DNA from: Minisyncoccota bacterium
Lineage (GTDB): Bacteria; Patescibacteriota; Minisyncoccia; JBAYJV01
Reading direction: 5' to 3'
Assembly (NCBI GenBank): GCA_041664925.1
Contig: JBAYJV010000002.1
Span: 72,302 to 136,301, forward strand
Length of the DNA: 64,000 bases
The notes under the pieces are model-generated. The model did not search any database and was not told the DNA's origin. It saw nothing but the letters and a program-made list of their open reading frames with translations. Made by a program: the position numbers and the translations under genes. Each line of letters begins with the position of its first letter. The first letter of the stretch is position 1. This document shows, piece after piece, positions 36,678 through 46,085 of the stretch.

Positions 36678-38912
36678 TCATTTCTCTTCTAGTTTTGCGC
36701 ACAACTTTCCTGCTGAACAGAATTTCTTGCCTTTAATGTTTTCCACCATCAATGCTCCGCAATCAGAACATTTTTCTCCTGTCGGCTTATTCCACAGCGC
36801 AAATTTACAATCAGGATATTTGTCGCAAGCATAAAAAATGCGTCCTTTTTTAGTGCGTTTTTGGATTATTTCTCCAGAAGAGCAAGCCGGGCAATCAACG
36901 CCAGTTTTTTGAGTTTTGCCGCTTTCAATGTGTTTGCATTTTGGATAATTTTCACACCCTATGAATTCACCAAATCTTCCTTTTTTAAAAACTAATCTTC
37001 CTTGGCAATCAGGACATTTTTTGTCGCTATACTTCGGTTCATTATTTTCTTTGCCGTCAGGCGATTCAATATATTTACAAGCAGGGTAGTTTGAACAAGC
37101 GATAAACTTTCCATAGCGAGAGAATTTTTCAACCATACCACTGCCGCATTTAGGACATTTTTTATCAACCGCTTTTCCATTCTGTGTCTTTACTTTATCA
37201 TAAGTTTCTTTAAGGGTTTTAGAAAATGGTCCATAAAACTCCCTAATGACTGGTACCCATTCTTTTTTGCCTGACGCTATATCATCCAAACTTTCTTCCA
37301 TTGAAGCGGTAAAATCATAATCAACAATAGAATTAAAATGTTTTACTAACAGATCATTCACCATAGAGCCGATCTCAGTTGGCACGAATCTTTTTTCTTC
37401 GTTTTTTTCTACATAACCTCGGGTCTGAATAGTGGTAATCGTTGGAGCATAGGTTGATGGACGGCCAATGCCATATTTTTCAAGAGTTTTTATAAGCATT
37501 GCTTCCGAATAGCGAGCAGGCGGTTGAGTAGATTTCTGTTCTGAGATAATTTCTTTAAGATTTAAAACATCGCCTTGATTCAATTCTGGAAGGATTTTTT
37601 CTTTTGAATTTGATTTATATATTTTAAGAAATCCTTCAAATTTAATAACTTCGCCCTTGGTTTCAAGTTCGTATGTTTTGCTACCATTTGCTTCAATTGT
37701 AATTTTTGTTGTTTCAATTTGAGCAGGTGCCATTTGAGAAGCGATTGCCCGTTTCCAAATAAGCCCATAAAGTCTTGCTTCGTCATTTGAAAGATGCAAT
37801 TTTATACTTTCTGGGTCACGAAAAGCGCTTGTCGGCCTGATCGCTTCGTGAGCTTCTTGGGCCGACTTTGATTTAGTCTTAAAATGGCGCACTCCTTCTG
37901 TAAAATCAGCGCCGATTTTTTCTTTGAGATATTTTTGAGTTTCAAATAAAAACGATTCTGCTAAATTAACAGAATCGGTACGCATGTAAGTTATTAAACC
38001 AGTCGGAGCTCCCTTTTCTAGTTTTATACCTTCATAAAGTTTTTGAGCAACAAACATTGTTTTTTTGGAAGAAAAATGCAACCTGATCGCAGCATCTTGT
38101 TGAAGTGTGCTAGTCGTATAAGGACCAAGGGGATATTTTAAATTCTTTTTTCTTTCGACAGATAAGATTTTATAATTTGCCTTACTTAAATCATTCTTAA
38201 TACTCTGAGCTTCTTTTTCGTTCTTTACGGTAAGTTTATCTAATTTTTTATCGTCGATTTTAGTTAAAATAGCTTCTATCTCTTTATCTTTATTTTTAAA
38301 TAAGATGGCAATAATACTCCAAAATTCTTCCTTTATAAATTTCTTTATTTCTTCTTCTCTCTCGCAAATCAATTTTACAGCAACAGATTGAACTCTTCCT
38401 GCCGATAATCCTCTGGCTATTTTTTTCCATAAAAAGGGCGATAATTTATAACCAACTAGTCGATCGAGAACTCGCCTTGCTTGTTGGGCGTTGACCATTT
38501 TCATGTCAATCTCGCGAGGATTCTTTAGCGCTTCATTGATTGCCTCTTTTGTAATTTCGTGAAATACAATTCTCTCAATTTGTTTTGCGTTTTGCGCTTT
38601 ACGTTTTGAGCTCGAGAGCCCAAGGGCTCTCGTGATATGCCAAGCAATCGCTTCTCCTTCGCGATCCTCGTCAGTTGCTAAAGTAATTGTATCCGCGTTA
38701 CTTGCTTCTTTTTTAAGAAGAGACAGGTTCTTTTTCGCTTTGGTTGGAATGATATATTCAGGCGCAAAATCTTTGGCCTCATCAATGCCAAGTCTTGATT
38801 TTGGTAAATCTCTAACATGACCAAAAGAAGACAGAACTTTATAGTTTTTATCCAAAAATTTGCTAATTGTTCTGGCTTTTGTAGGAGATTCGACTATTAC
38901 AAGATTTTTCAT
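36678..38912 (-). CDS. topA: DNA topoisomerase I
   Basis: IVESPTKA, DEDREGE, SAGRVQS, ITYMRTD, GIGRPSTY, C-terminal Zn ribbons. Confidence 0.97.
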   Translation of the reverse strand: MKNLVIVESPTKARTISKFLDKNYKVLSSFGHVRDLPKSRLGIDEAKDFAPEYIIPTKAKKNLSLLKKEASNADTITLATDEDREGEAIAWHITRALGLSSSKRKAQNAKQIERIVFHEITKEAINEALKNPREIDMKMVNAQQARRVLDRLVGYKLSPFLWKKIARGLSAGRVQSVAVKLICEREEEIKKFIKEEFWSIIAILFKNKDKEIEAILTKIDDKKLDKLTVKNEKEAQSIKNDLSKANYKILSVERKKNLKYPLGPYTTSTLQQDAAIRLHFSSKKTMFVAQKLYEGIKLEKGAPTGLITYMRTDSVNLAESFLFETQKYLKEKIGADFTEGVRHFKTKSKSAQEAHEAIRPTSAFRDPESIKLHLSNDEARLYGLIWKRAIASQMAPAQIETTKITIEANGSKTYELETKGEVIKFEGFLKIYKSNSKEKILPELNQGDVLNLKEIISEQKSTQPPARYSEAMLIKTLEKYGIGRPSTYAPTITTIQTRGYVEKNEEKRFVPTEIGSMVNDLLVKHFNSIVDYDFTASMEESLDDIASGKKEWVPVIREFYGPFSKTLKETYDKVKTQNGKAVDKKCPKCGSGMVEKFSRYGKFIACSNYPACKYIESPDGKENNEPKYSDKKCPDCQGRLVFKKGRFGEFIGCENYPKCKHIESGKTQKTGVDCPACSSGEIIQKRTKKGRIFYACDKYPDCKFALWNKPTGEKCSDCGALMVENIKGKKFCSAGKLCAKLEEK

Positions 38913-38923
38913 GTTTATGGTAT

Positions 38924-40012
38924 TTATCTTTTTAATGAATATAATCCGCCACCAAGATTCTTTATTTTTCCTTTCATTTCCATTATGGTTAACAAGGAAT
39001 TGATTTGAGCTACGGGCAATTTGAGTTCTTTAATAATTTTATTAATTTCTTGAGGCACCTCTTCTAAAAGCTTAATGATTTTTTCTTCTTCGGGACTATC
39101 AGCAACTATTTTCTTTGTTTCTTTATAACTTTTAATATTCTTAATTTCAAGCTCAGTAATGATATCTTCTGGTTTAGTGACTAATTTTGCGCCTTGTTTT
39201 AGTAGCTGATGTGTTCCCTCAGAACGAATAGAAAAAATATTTCCTGGAATAGCAAAAACTTCTCGATTTTGTTCAACGGCGTGATTGGCTGTCAGAAGCG
39301 ATCCGCTCTTTTCATTGGCTTCAATGACTAAAACTCCTAGAGAAAGTCCGCTAATAATCCTATTTCTGTTAGGAAAATGATGTTTCAATGGAGGAGAGCC
39401 CAGAGGGTACTCTGAGATAATCACGCCTCCTGATCGTAGAATATCCTGTCCCAATTTCCTATTCGAAGAAGGATAAATCTGATCCAACCCACACCCCAAG
39501 ACACCAACAGTTTTTCCTCCGGCCTCTACCGTTGCTCTATGAGCTAAGGCATCTATACCTAGAGCCAAGCCAGAGACAATTGTAAGCTGCATCTGGGCAA
39601 GTTCTGAAGCAAAATATTCAACAACCTCTTTGCCATAAGGAGTATAACGGCGCGTTCCAACAATTGCAAGAGAAAACTCAGAAAAAGCTTCGCTATTTCC
39701 TAAGTAATATAGTATTTCTGGTGGATCATAAATCTCTTTTAAGAGTTGAGGATAGGCCTTGTCTTGTTTTATTAGAATTTTAACCTTGTATTTTTCCAAG
39801 TGTTCCATTTCTTTTTCAGGATTAATGTTTTTTCTTTCTTTATCAAGATATTCAATAATCTTTCCTTTTAATCCGGCGCCTGTAAAAGATTGAGCAGACG
39901 ATTGCCAGGCTTTTTCGTAAGAACCAAAATATTTCTTTATTTTCTTTAAGGTCTGGGGTCCAATAAGCTCAAATTGATTAAAAGCGTTTAAATATTTTAT
40001 TTCATTGTTCAT
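38924..40012 (-). CDS. dprA: DNA-processing protein DprA
   Basis: AIVGTR, IVSGLALGID, FPNRNRIISGLS, SGSLLTA. Confidence 0.95.
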   Translation of the reverse strand: MNNEIKYLNAFNQFELIGPQTLKKIKKYFGSYEKAWQSSAQSFTGAGLKGKIIEYLDKERKNINPEKEMEHLEKYKVKILIKQDKAYPQLLKEIYDPPEILYYLGNSEAFSEFSLAIVGTRRYTPYGKEVVEYFASELAQMQLTIVSGLALGIDALAHRATVEAGGKTVGVLGCGLDQIYPSSNRKLGQDILRSGGVIISEYPLGSPPLKHHFPNRNRIISGLSLGVLVIEANEKSGSLLTANHAVEQNREVFAIPGNIFSIRSEGTHQLLKQGAKLVTKPEDIITELEIKNIKSYKETKKIVADSPEEEKIIKLLEEVPQEINKIIKELKLPVAQINSLLTIMEMKGKIKNLGGGLYSLKR

Positions 40013-40157
40013 GATGCTTTATATGTATAAAAAAATTCACTTACGACTGAAACCATTTTAAGGATAAAATTAAAAAGAAGCAAATTTTTTAGAATATACC
40101 ATTTAAAAAACAACATATTAAAAAATGTCCTTCTATCTTTTTTGACAGAAGGACATA

Positions 40158-40514
40158 TTACGAAAACAGACCAACAATTAACTTAATGCCGATAATCTCA
40201 ATTGTTCCCCAAATAAAGAGCAAAACATATGCCACTTTTAGCCACGCAATATGTTTTCCATAACCAATAACGTAAATAGGAACAATTAGTGCGGCTAGGC
40301 GATTAATAACAATCAACGTTATGTCAACTGATGGATTTGAGTTAAGAAAATCAACGCCTCTTAGAGCAACAGTTACATATCTTGTTATTAGAGTAGAAAG
40401 CCAGAGCCAAAAGAAAATCTTAGAACTGATGTTGTGGCGCAGAGCGAACGCCCTTAGTTTAGACAATAATCTCTTAATAGATTCTTTTGCTTTATTCAGT
40501 AAAAACTTATGCAC
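40158..40514 (-). CDS. Membrane ORFan (cassette gene)
   Basis: TTGACT-17-TACAAT-9-AGTTCTTTACAA ... AAAGGAGG-GTG. Confidence 0.65.
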   Translation of the reverse strand: MHKFLLNKAKESIKRLLSKLRAFALRHNISSKIFFWLWLSTLITRYVTVALRGVDFLNSNPSVDITLIVINRLAALIVPIYVIGYGKHIAWLKVAYVLLFIWGTIEIIGIKLIVGLFS

Positions 40515-40742
40515 TTTTCCTCCTTTGTTAGTTTTGTAAAGAACTATAAATTGAATTGTATCAGCAAATGCACCCTAAGTCAATGTTTTTAGTTGCTTTT
40601 TTTAAGAAAGTATGCTAATAATATAATATATATGAGTTCTTTAAAAAATAGGCAGTGTCCGCCTTCATTAAAATTTCGGCGGACTTAAAATCTTCTACAG
40701 CCTCGTTTCACTCGGCAAGAAGCTTTAAAGGAGGAAGAGAAA

Positions 40743-41936
40743 ATGGACAGAGAAAGCGTACGCACTAGTCTAAGAGAACTTATTTCTAGCGACAAACTAA
40801 CTGCGGAAGATTTATTGTCGGCAACAGCAACGGAGAAAGATTTGTTATTACATCTTGCCTGTCAATCAGGAGCAACAAGAGATGAGCTGACTAGAATAAT
40901 CGGATTTGTTCCAGATGCAGTGATGCTGGTTCATCCGAGAAGCATGGAAGATGTTCTTAATCGCTGTTCATTTTTGAAAGAAATGGATCCTGTTCGCCGA
41001 ACTAAATTTCTTGAAGGATTGTGGCCATTAGTACTTGATAGGGCAACCTACGGAAAGCTGAATATTTTAATCTTGACTCTTCCGTTGCTTCCAGAATATT
41101 GGTTCCCTGATGTAAACGATAGAGAAAAACATCGACACAATACTCAAGTCAAAGAAAGAAGTTGGCAGGATGCCCTGGATATTCTTGAAAGAATAGAAAG
41201 AGAATTTGGTCTAATGCCGATTATTTTGGGTGCTCTTACGGGTCGCATGACGAAGTTTCTTAAACATGGTGGCATAAAGAGTCCTATTGTAACAGGAACA
41301 ATTCTGACACCGATTATTATTCAAGACATGATTGAAAAAATCGTTTTTCCTGTCCAGAAAGACTCTGATTTAAAGATTTCTCTAATTGGCGGAGCTGGTG
41401 TTATGGGGCGTGCTATTCTTCTTTGGTTTGCTCAAAAGAGGGTTACTGATAATCTTTTGGTCGTTGAGGCAAACGAACAAGAAGTTAGGCGTCTTAGGGA
41501 TTTGTTTCCAGAAGAAAGTGGTTTTCATTTTGCCTGTACGTGTGACCTGAAAAAGATTAAAGACAGCGATTTAGTAATCGTGGCAACAGCAGCGCCTAAT
41601 GCCATTATTACTCAGGACATGCTATCGCCAAATACTATCATTATTGACGATACTCATCCATCAAACGTAGCTAAGGATGTTACTAATATAGTACTTCGCG
41701 TTATGGCAGTTGTTCCAGGGCTTGAGTATAAGTTTCCCATGGATCAGCAGGAACCTGGAGAGGCCGTAACTTGTTTTGCCGAAGGAATCTTAATTGCTGG
41801 AGAAAAAGAAGCATTCAGGTTTTATGATGATGATCCGTCTACGCCTTGGTATAAACAAATAGGAGCTTTGGTATGGATAAATGAGAGAGTGCACCAACTT
41901 GGCAACGTAACTAGTTCATTTAGAAAATCAACATAA
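40743..41936 (+). CDS. NAD(P)-dependent dehydrogenase of the acyl-ACP reductase-like family
   Basis: LVHP, LGALT, VTGTILT, GGAGVMG Rossmann, IDDTHPSNV, CFAEGILI; AGTTCTTTAAAA at 40635 and AAAGGAGG. Confidence 0.7.
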   Translation: MDRESVRTSLRELISSDKLTAEDLLSATATEKDLLLHLACQSGATRDELTRIIGFVPDAVMLVHPRSMEDVLNRCSFLKEMDPVRRTKFLEGLWPLVLDRATYGKLNILILTLPLLPEYWFPDVNDREKHRHNTQVKERSWQDALDILERIEREFGLMPIILGALTGRMTKFLKHGGIKSPIVTGTILTPIIIQDMIEKIVFPVQKDSDLKISLIGGAGVMGRAILLWFAQKRVTDNLLVVEANEQEVRRLRDLFPEESGFHFACTCDLKKIKDSDLVIVATAAPNAIITQDMLSPNTIIIDDTHPSNVAKDVTNIVLRVMAVVPGLEYKFPMDQQEPGEAVTCFAEGILIAGEKEAFRFYDDDPSTPWYKQIGALVWINERVHQLGNVTSSFRKST

Positions 41937-42027
41937 GCAAACAACAGGGGATAAGTCGTCCCCTGTTTCTTTTTGCCTAATTTATCAAAAAAAGTTAAAA
42001 TGTTAAAAAGGAGGTATTTTTTGATTT

Positions 42028-43638
42028 ATGGATTCTGTTAATATATTACTGACGATATCGGCAACTTTCAACCTTGGATTAGGATTTTATATTTATATTC
42101 AACGAAAGAAAAATCCAGTCAATGTCGCTTTTAGTTTAATTACTTTAAGTATATTTTTTTGGACAATAGCCATGATCGCTTATCGGTGGAGTGGTAGTTA
42201 TTATTCGGCGCTTTGGTGGTGCCGAATTTTATATTTCTTTCCGGTCTTTATAGCGCCTAGCCTCTTATATTTTTCTTTAGTTTTTCAAAGAATTGAAGTT
42301 AAAATTAAAAAGTCAGAAATTTTTCTAATTTATCTTTTTCCTTTTATTATTGGTGCCTTATCGTTTGTTCCTAATTTTATTATTAATAATGTTGTTTTAA
42401 GGCATGGAGCGGAAAAAGAAATTTATTTCGGCGCAGGTTATCCTGTTTATTTTGTTTTTTATTTCGTTTATTTTAGCTGGACATTTTTTAACTTTCTAAA
42501 AAAACTCAATCAAGCGGACATTCTTGGCAAAAAACAGATGCGCTGGGTGATTTTAGCAACTTTTACTCCGGTTACTGCTGGTTTAGTAACTAATTTAATT
42601 TTGCCCTGGGGATTTATCTTTTCGTATAACTGGATAGCCCAGGTGAGTACAATCTTTTTTATTGCTGGCATTGCTTATGCAATTGTTAAATACCAGCTTT
42701 TAAATATAAAAATAATTGTTGCTCAAATTATATCTTTGTTTTTAATTTCTATTTTATTTATTAATATTTTTTCTTTTGATAGTTCTTGGAGGTTGATGAT
42801 AAACCTAGGTGTTTTTTTGTTAGGCTTGATCTTCAGCGCAACTCTTATTAGATCAGTTATCAACGAAATGAATCAAAAAGAAGAGATTCAAGATCTTGCA
42901 GGTAATCTTAAAAAAGCCAACGATGAGCTTAAAAAGTTAGATGAAATAAAATCGGAATTCATTTCTATAGCATCACATCAATTACGAACGCCCTTATCCG
43001 CAATTAAGGGTTATGCCGCAATGCTCCTAGACGATGTTCAGGATCCCGAAGAAAAAGAAGCTTTAAATAAAATTTATCTTTCAAATGAGCGGCTAATTAA
43101 GCTAGTTAATGATCTTTTAAATCTATCACGCATCGAGAGAGGAAAACTTGAATTTATCTTTAGACCTTGCCAGCTGGCTGATTTACTTGACTCTGTTGTC
43201 AGTGAATTTCAAATGATTGCCAAAAGACGTGGATTAAAACTTGCGTACGAAAAAGTCAATCTGCCCTTCATTACCGCAGATGAAGACAAATTGCGCCAAG
43301 TTTTTCTAAATATTATAGATAATGCGATAAAATATACACTCAAGGGTAGCGTGACGGTAAAAACTCTTCTCGACAATGATTCTATTGTGGTAGCGATTCA
43401 AGATACTGGCGTTGGCATGAAACCGGGAGATCAAAAGCCGGTATATGAAAAATTCCAAAGAGGCAAAACTAGCGCTGTTGTTAATCCTGATGGAACCGGT
43501 ATCGGTCTTTATATTGCCAATAAGATTATCGAAGCTCATCATGGAAGAATCTGGTTTGAAAGTCCAGGTATTAATTTGGGTACGACTTTTTATGTGAAGC
43601 TTTCTCTAACCAACGATAAATTATCTTCATGGGCATAG
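42028..43638 (+). CDS. Sensor histidine kinase with N-terminal 7TM region
   Basis: ASHQLRTPL, NIIDNAIKYT, DTGVG, GTGIGL. Confidence 0.93.
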   Translation: MDSVNILLTISATFNLGLGFYIYIQRKKNPVNVAFSLITLSIFFWTIAMIAYRWSGSYYSALWWCRILYFFPVFIAPSLLYFSLVFQRIEVKIKKSEIFLIYLFPFIIGALSFVPNFIINNVVLRHGAEKEIYFGAGYPVYFVFYFVYFSWTFFNFLKKLNQADILGKKQMRWVILATFTPVTAGLVTNLILPWGFIFSYNWIAQVSTIFFIAGIAYAIVKYQLLNIKIIVAQIISLFLISILFINIFSFDSSWRLMINLGVFLLGLIFSATLIRSVINEMNQKEEIQDLAGNLKKANDELKKLDEIKSEFISIASHQLRTPLSAIKGYAAMLLDDVQDPEEKEALNKIYLSNERLIKLVNDLLNLSRIERGKLEFIFRPCQLADLLDSVVSEFQMIAKRRGLKLAYEKVNLPFITADEDKLRQVFLNIIDNAIKYTLKGSVTVKTLLDNDSIVVAIQDTGVGMKPGDQKPVYEKFQRGKTSAVVNPDGTGIGLYIANKIIEAHHGRIWFESPGINLGTTFYVKLSLTNDKLSSWA

Positions 43639-45230
43639 CTTTTATTATCGCCATCATTATTCTCGTAGCAGTTTTTGCTTTGGCGCTTTTAGTTTTGGCA
43701 AATAATCGATCTTCTTCTGTTAATCAAAGTTTTTCCGCGCTTATCTTTTTTGTTGGATTTTGGCTAGCTTCTTCTTTGTTTATTGATCTTTCTTTATCTC
43801 TTTCGGGAATTTATTTTTGGGCGCAAATCTCGATAGTTTGGGCAGCTGCCATTCCTGCTATTTGGGTTTATTTTACCCATATTTTCCCAAAATATACAAA
43901 ACTTAATGTATTGAAACAATTAATTATCACCATTCCGCCGCTTGTTTTTTTGGTGCTTTCTCCAACGAATCTCAATATTTCTTCAGTAAGGGTTTTAGGA
44001 GATGGTTCTAGGGAAATTGTTCACGGTCCGCTTTATTTGATTTTAGCGTTTTATTTTATAATTTTTGCTCTTTGGGGTTCAATAAGATTGATGCTGTTTT
44101 ACAGAAAAAGCAGGGGAGTAATTAGAATTCAGTTAAGATATATGTTGATTGGTATAGTGTCATCAAGTCTTCTTGCTATTTCAGGATCAATTATTTTTCC
44201 TTTTCTTGGAGTTGACGCTGTTACTAATTTTTCCTCTTTAACAATTCTTTTCTTCCTAGTGTTTAGTGTTTATGCTGTTTTGAGACATCATCTAATGCAA
44301 ATTCGCGTCATGACAGCAGAGGTTTTTACGGGACTTTTGCTCTTGATCCTTCTTGTAAATGTTTTTACTTTTCGCACCAAAGAACAATTAATTTTAAATC
44401 TCGGTCTTTTCTTTGCCGCCATTATTTTTGGTATTTTCTTGGTTAAATCAGTTCTTCAGGAGGTTAATGCTAGACAAGAAATGGAAGATATGGCAAAAAA
44501 GTTGAAAAGAGCTAATTTTAGGCTTCAAAAATTAGATGAAGCAAAGTCCGAATTCATTTCTATTGCATCGCATCAGCTCCGCACTCCTTTGTCGGCAATC
44601 AAGGGCTATGTTTCAATGATTTTGGATGGAACTTACGGAAAGCTTGATAATGAAAAATCGGAAGTTTTAAGCCGAGTTTATGCATCAAACGAGCGTCTTA
44701 TCACCTTAGTTAACGATTTGCTTAATTTGTCGCGCATTGAAAGAGGCAAGCTTCAATTCGAATTTCAAGACGTCCATGATCTTTCTGATATTTTAGAGTC
44801 TGTTGTGAACGAATTTAAAGTTAATGCTGAAAAAAGAGGATTGTATCTTACTTATAAAACCGCACCGCTTCCAACGATCAGCGCTGATCCTTATAAACTT
44901 CGCCAGATATTTGTGAATATTATTGATAACGCCATTAAATACACAGAAAAAGGCGGTCTAAATATTTCTACAGAAACTACTTCTAAGAAAATTACGATAA
45001 TTTTTAAAGATACTGGCGTGGGCATGTCTCATGAAGAGATTGATTCAATGTACGAAAAATTCAGGAGAGGTCAGGCGGGAGAAAAGTTTCATGCTGGCGG
45101 TATGGGCATTGGACTATATATCTGCCATAAAATTATCGAAGCTCACAATGGTCGAATTTATGCAAAAAGCAAGGGAAAAGATGAAGGATCGACTTTCTAT
45201 GTTGAATTACCAATAAAATCTAAATTTTAA
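43629..45230 (+). CDS. Sensor histidine kinase with N-terminal 7TM region (tandem paralog)
   Basis: ASHQLRTPL, NIIDNAIKYT, GGMGIGL. Confidence 0.93.
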   Translation: MGIAFIIAIIILVAVFALALLVLANNRSSSVNQSFSALIFFVGFWLASSLFIDLSLSLSGIYFWAQISIVWAAAIPAIWVYFTHIFPKYTKLNVLKQLIITIPPLVFLVLSPTNLNISSVRVLGDGSREIVHGPLYLILAFYFIIFALWGSIRLMLFYRKSRGVIRIQLRYMLIGIVSSSLLAISGSIIFPFLGVDAVTNFSSLTILFFLVFSVYAVLRHHLMQIRVMTAEVFTGLLLLILLVNVFTFRTKEQLILNLGLFFAAIIFGIFLVKSVLQEVNARQEMEDMAKKLKRANFRLQKLDEAKSEFISIASHQLRTPLSAIKGYVSMILDGTYGKLDNEKSEVLSRVYASNERLITLVNDLLNLSRIERGKLQFEFQDVHDLSDILESVVNEFKVNAEKRGLYLTYKTAPLPTISADPYKLRQIFVNIIDNAIKYTEKGGLNISTETTSKKITIIFKDTGVGMSHEEIDSMYEKFRRGQAGEKFHAGGMGIGLYICHKIIEAHNGRIYAKSKGKDEGSTFYVELPIKSKF

Positions 45231-45296
45231 ATCTTTATTTATAGATTGGAACTAAAAAAAGACCTCATTTCTGTGAGGTCTTTTATCTTTAATCAA

Positions 45297-45824
45297 TTAG
45301 GCTTCAGTATCGCTACCATGAACAATAGCAAAGACATGTCCTGATGTTACAGGCATCGCTACAACCTTGATTGTTGTTATATTTCCGACGCTGCAATTTT
45401 CTCCAAAAAATCTTACGAGAAACAACCTATCACTAGGTTGAAAATCTAGATGTCTAATGGCTACCATCTTGCTATTTCCATCTTCTTGAACTGGCTCTGT
45501 CATTAATGCTATCCATTGATCATTAGCAACGAGGGTTATCAGTTGGAAAACTGGCTGTAATAATCCTCCTTCACGTTCATTAACATAATCACAAGGATCA
45601 ATGACTGGAATCCCACCTGGCGTTTTGCTGCTATATAGACAAATACACGCAAGTATTAACAAAAATAAAGTCAAGAATATTCCCAATATCAGCAAAAGAT
45701 TATCACTTTTAGGCGATAAATTTGTAATAGCAAACATTCCAAGCGCTATTATTCCACAACAAGCTAATATTCCCATTATTATACCGGCTCTAATCGGCCT
45801 TTTGACGTCCTTGCTCTCGAACAT
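45297..45824 (-). CDS. 2-TM ORFan (cassette gene)
   Basis: TTGACA-16-TAGAAT-6-GGTTCTTTAAAA at 45966-45921; AGGAGG SD; hairpin near 45255-45284. Confidence 0.65.
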   Translation of the reverse strand: MFESKDVKRPIRAGIIMGILACCGIIALGMFAITNLSPKSDNLLLILGIFLTLFLLILACICLYSSKTPGGIPVIDPCDYVNEREGGLLQPVFQLITLVANDQWIALMTEPVQEDGNSKMVAIRHLDFQPSDRLFLVRFFGENCSVGNITTIKVVAMPVTSGHVFAIVHGSDTEA

Positions 45825-46085
45825 TTTTCCCTCCTGTTAGTTTCTTCTTTTTGAGCCGTAGACGAAAAACAGAAAAACTTACATCCTGAACGAAGTCGAA
45901 GGATTACATTATGTACCAATTTTTAAAGAACCTCTTTTATTCTATAACTAAAATAATGAATGTCAACATTGTCAACAGTTTTACTTGGTTATTTCATTTT
46001 AAAATCAATTTATCTCTCAACTTCTTTTAAAAAATGAAAAATGTGATACAATATTCATAATAATCATCATGTTAAATATAAAGAA

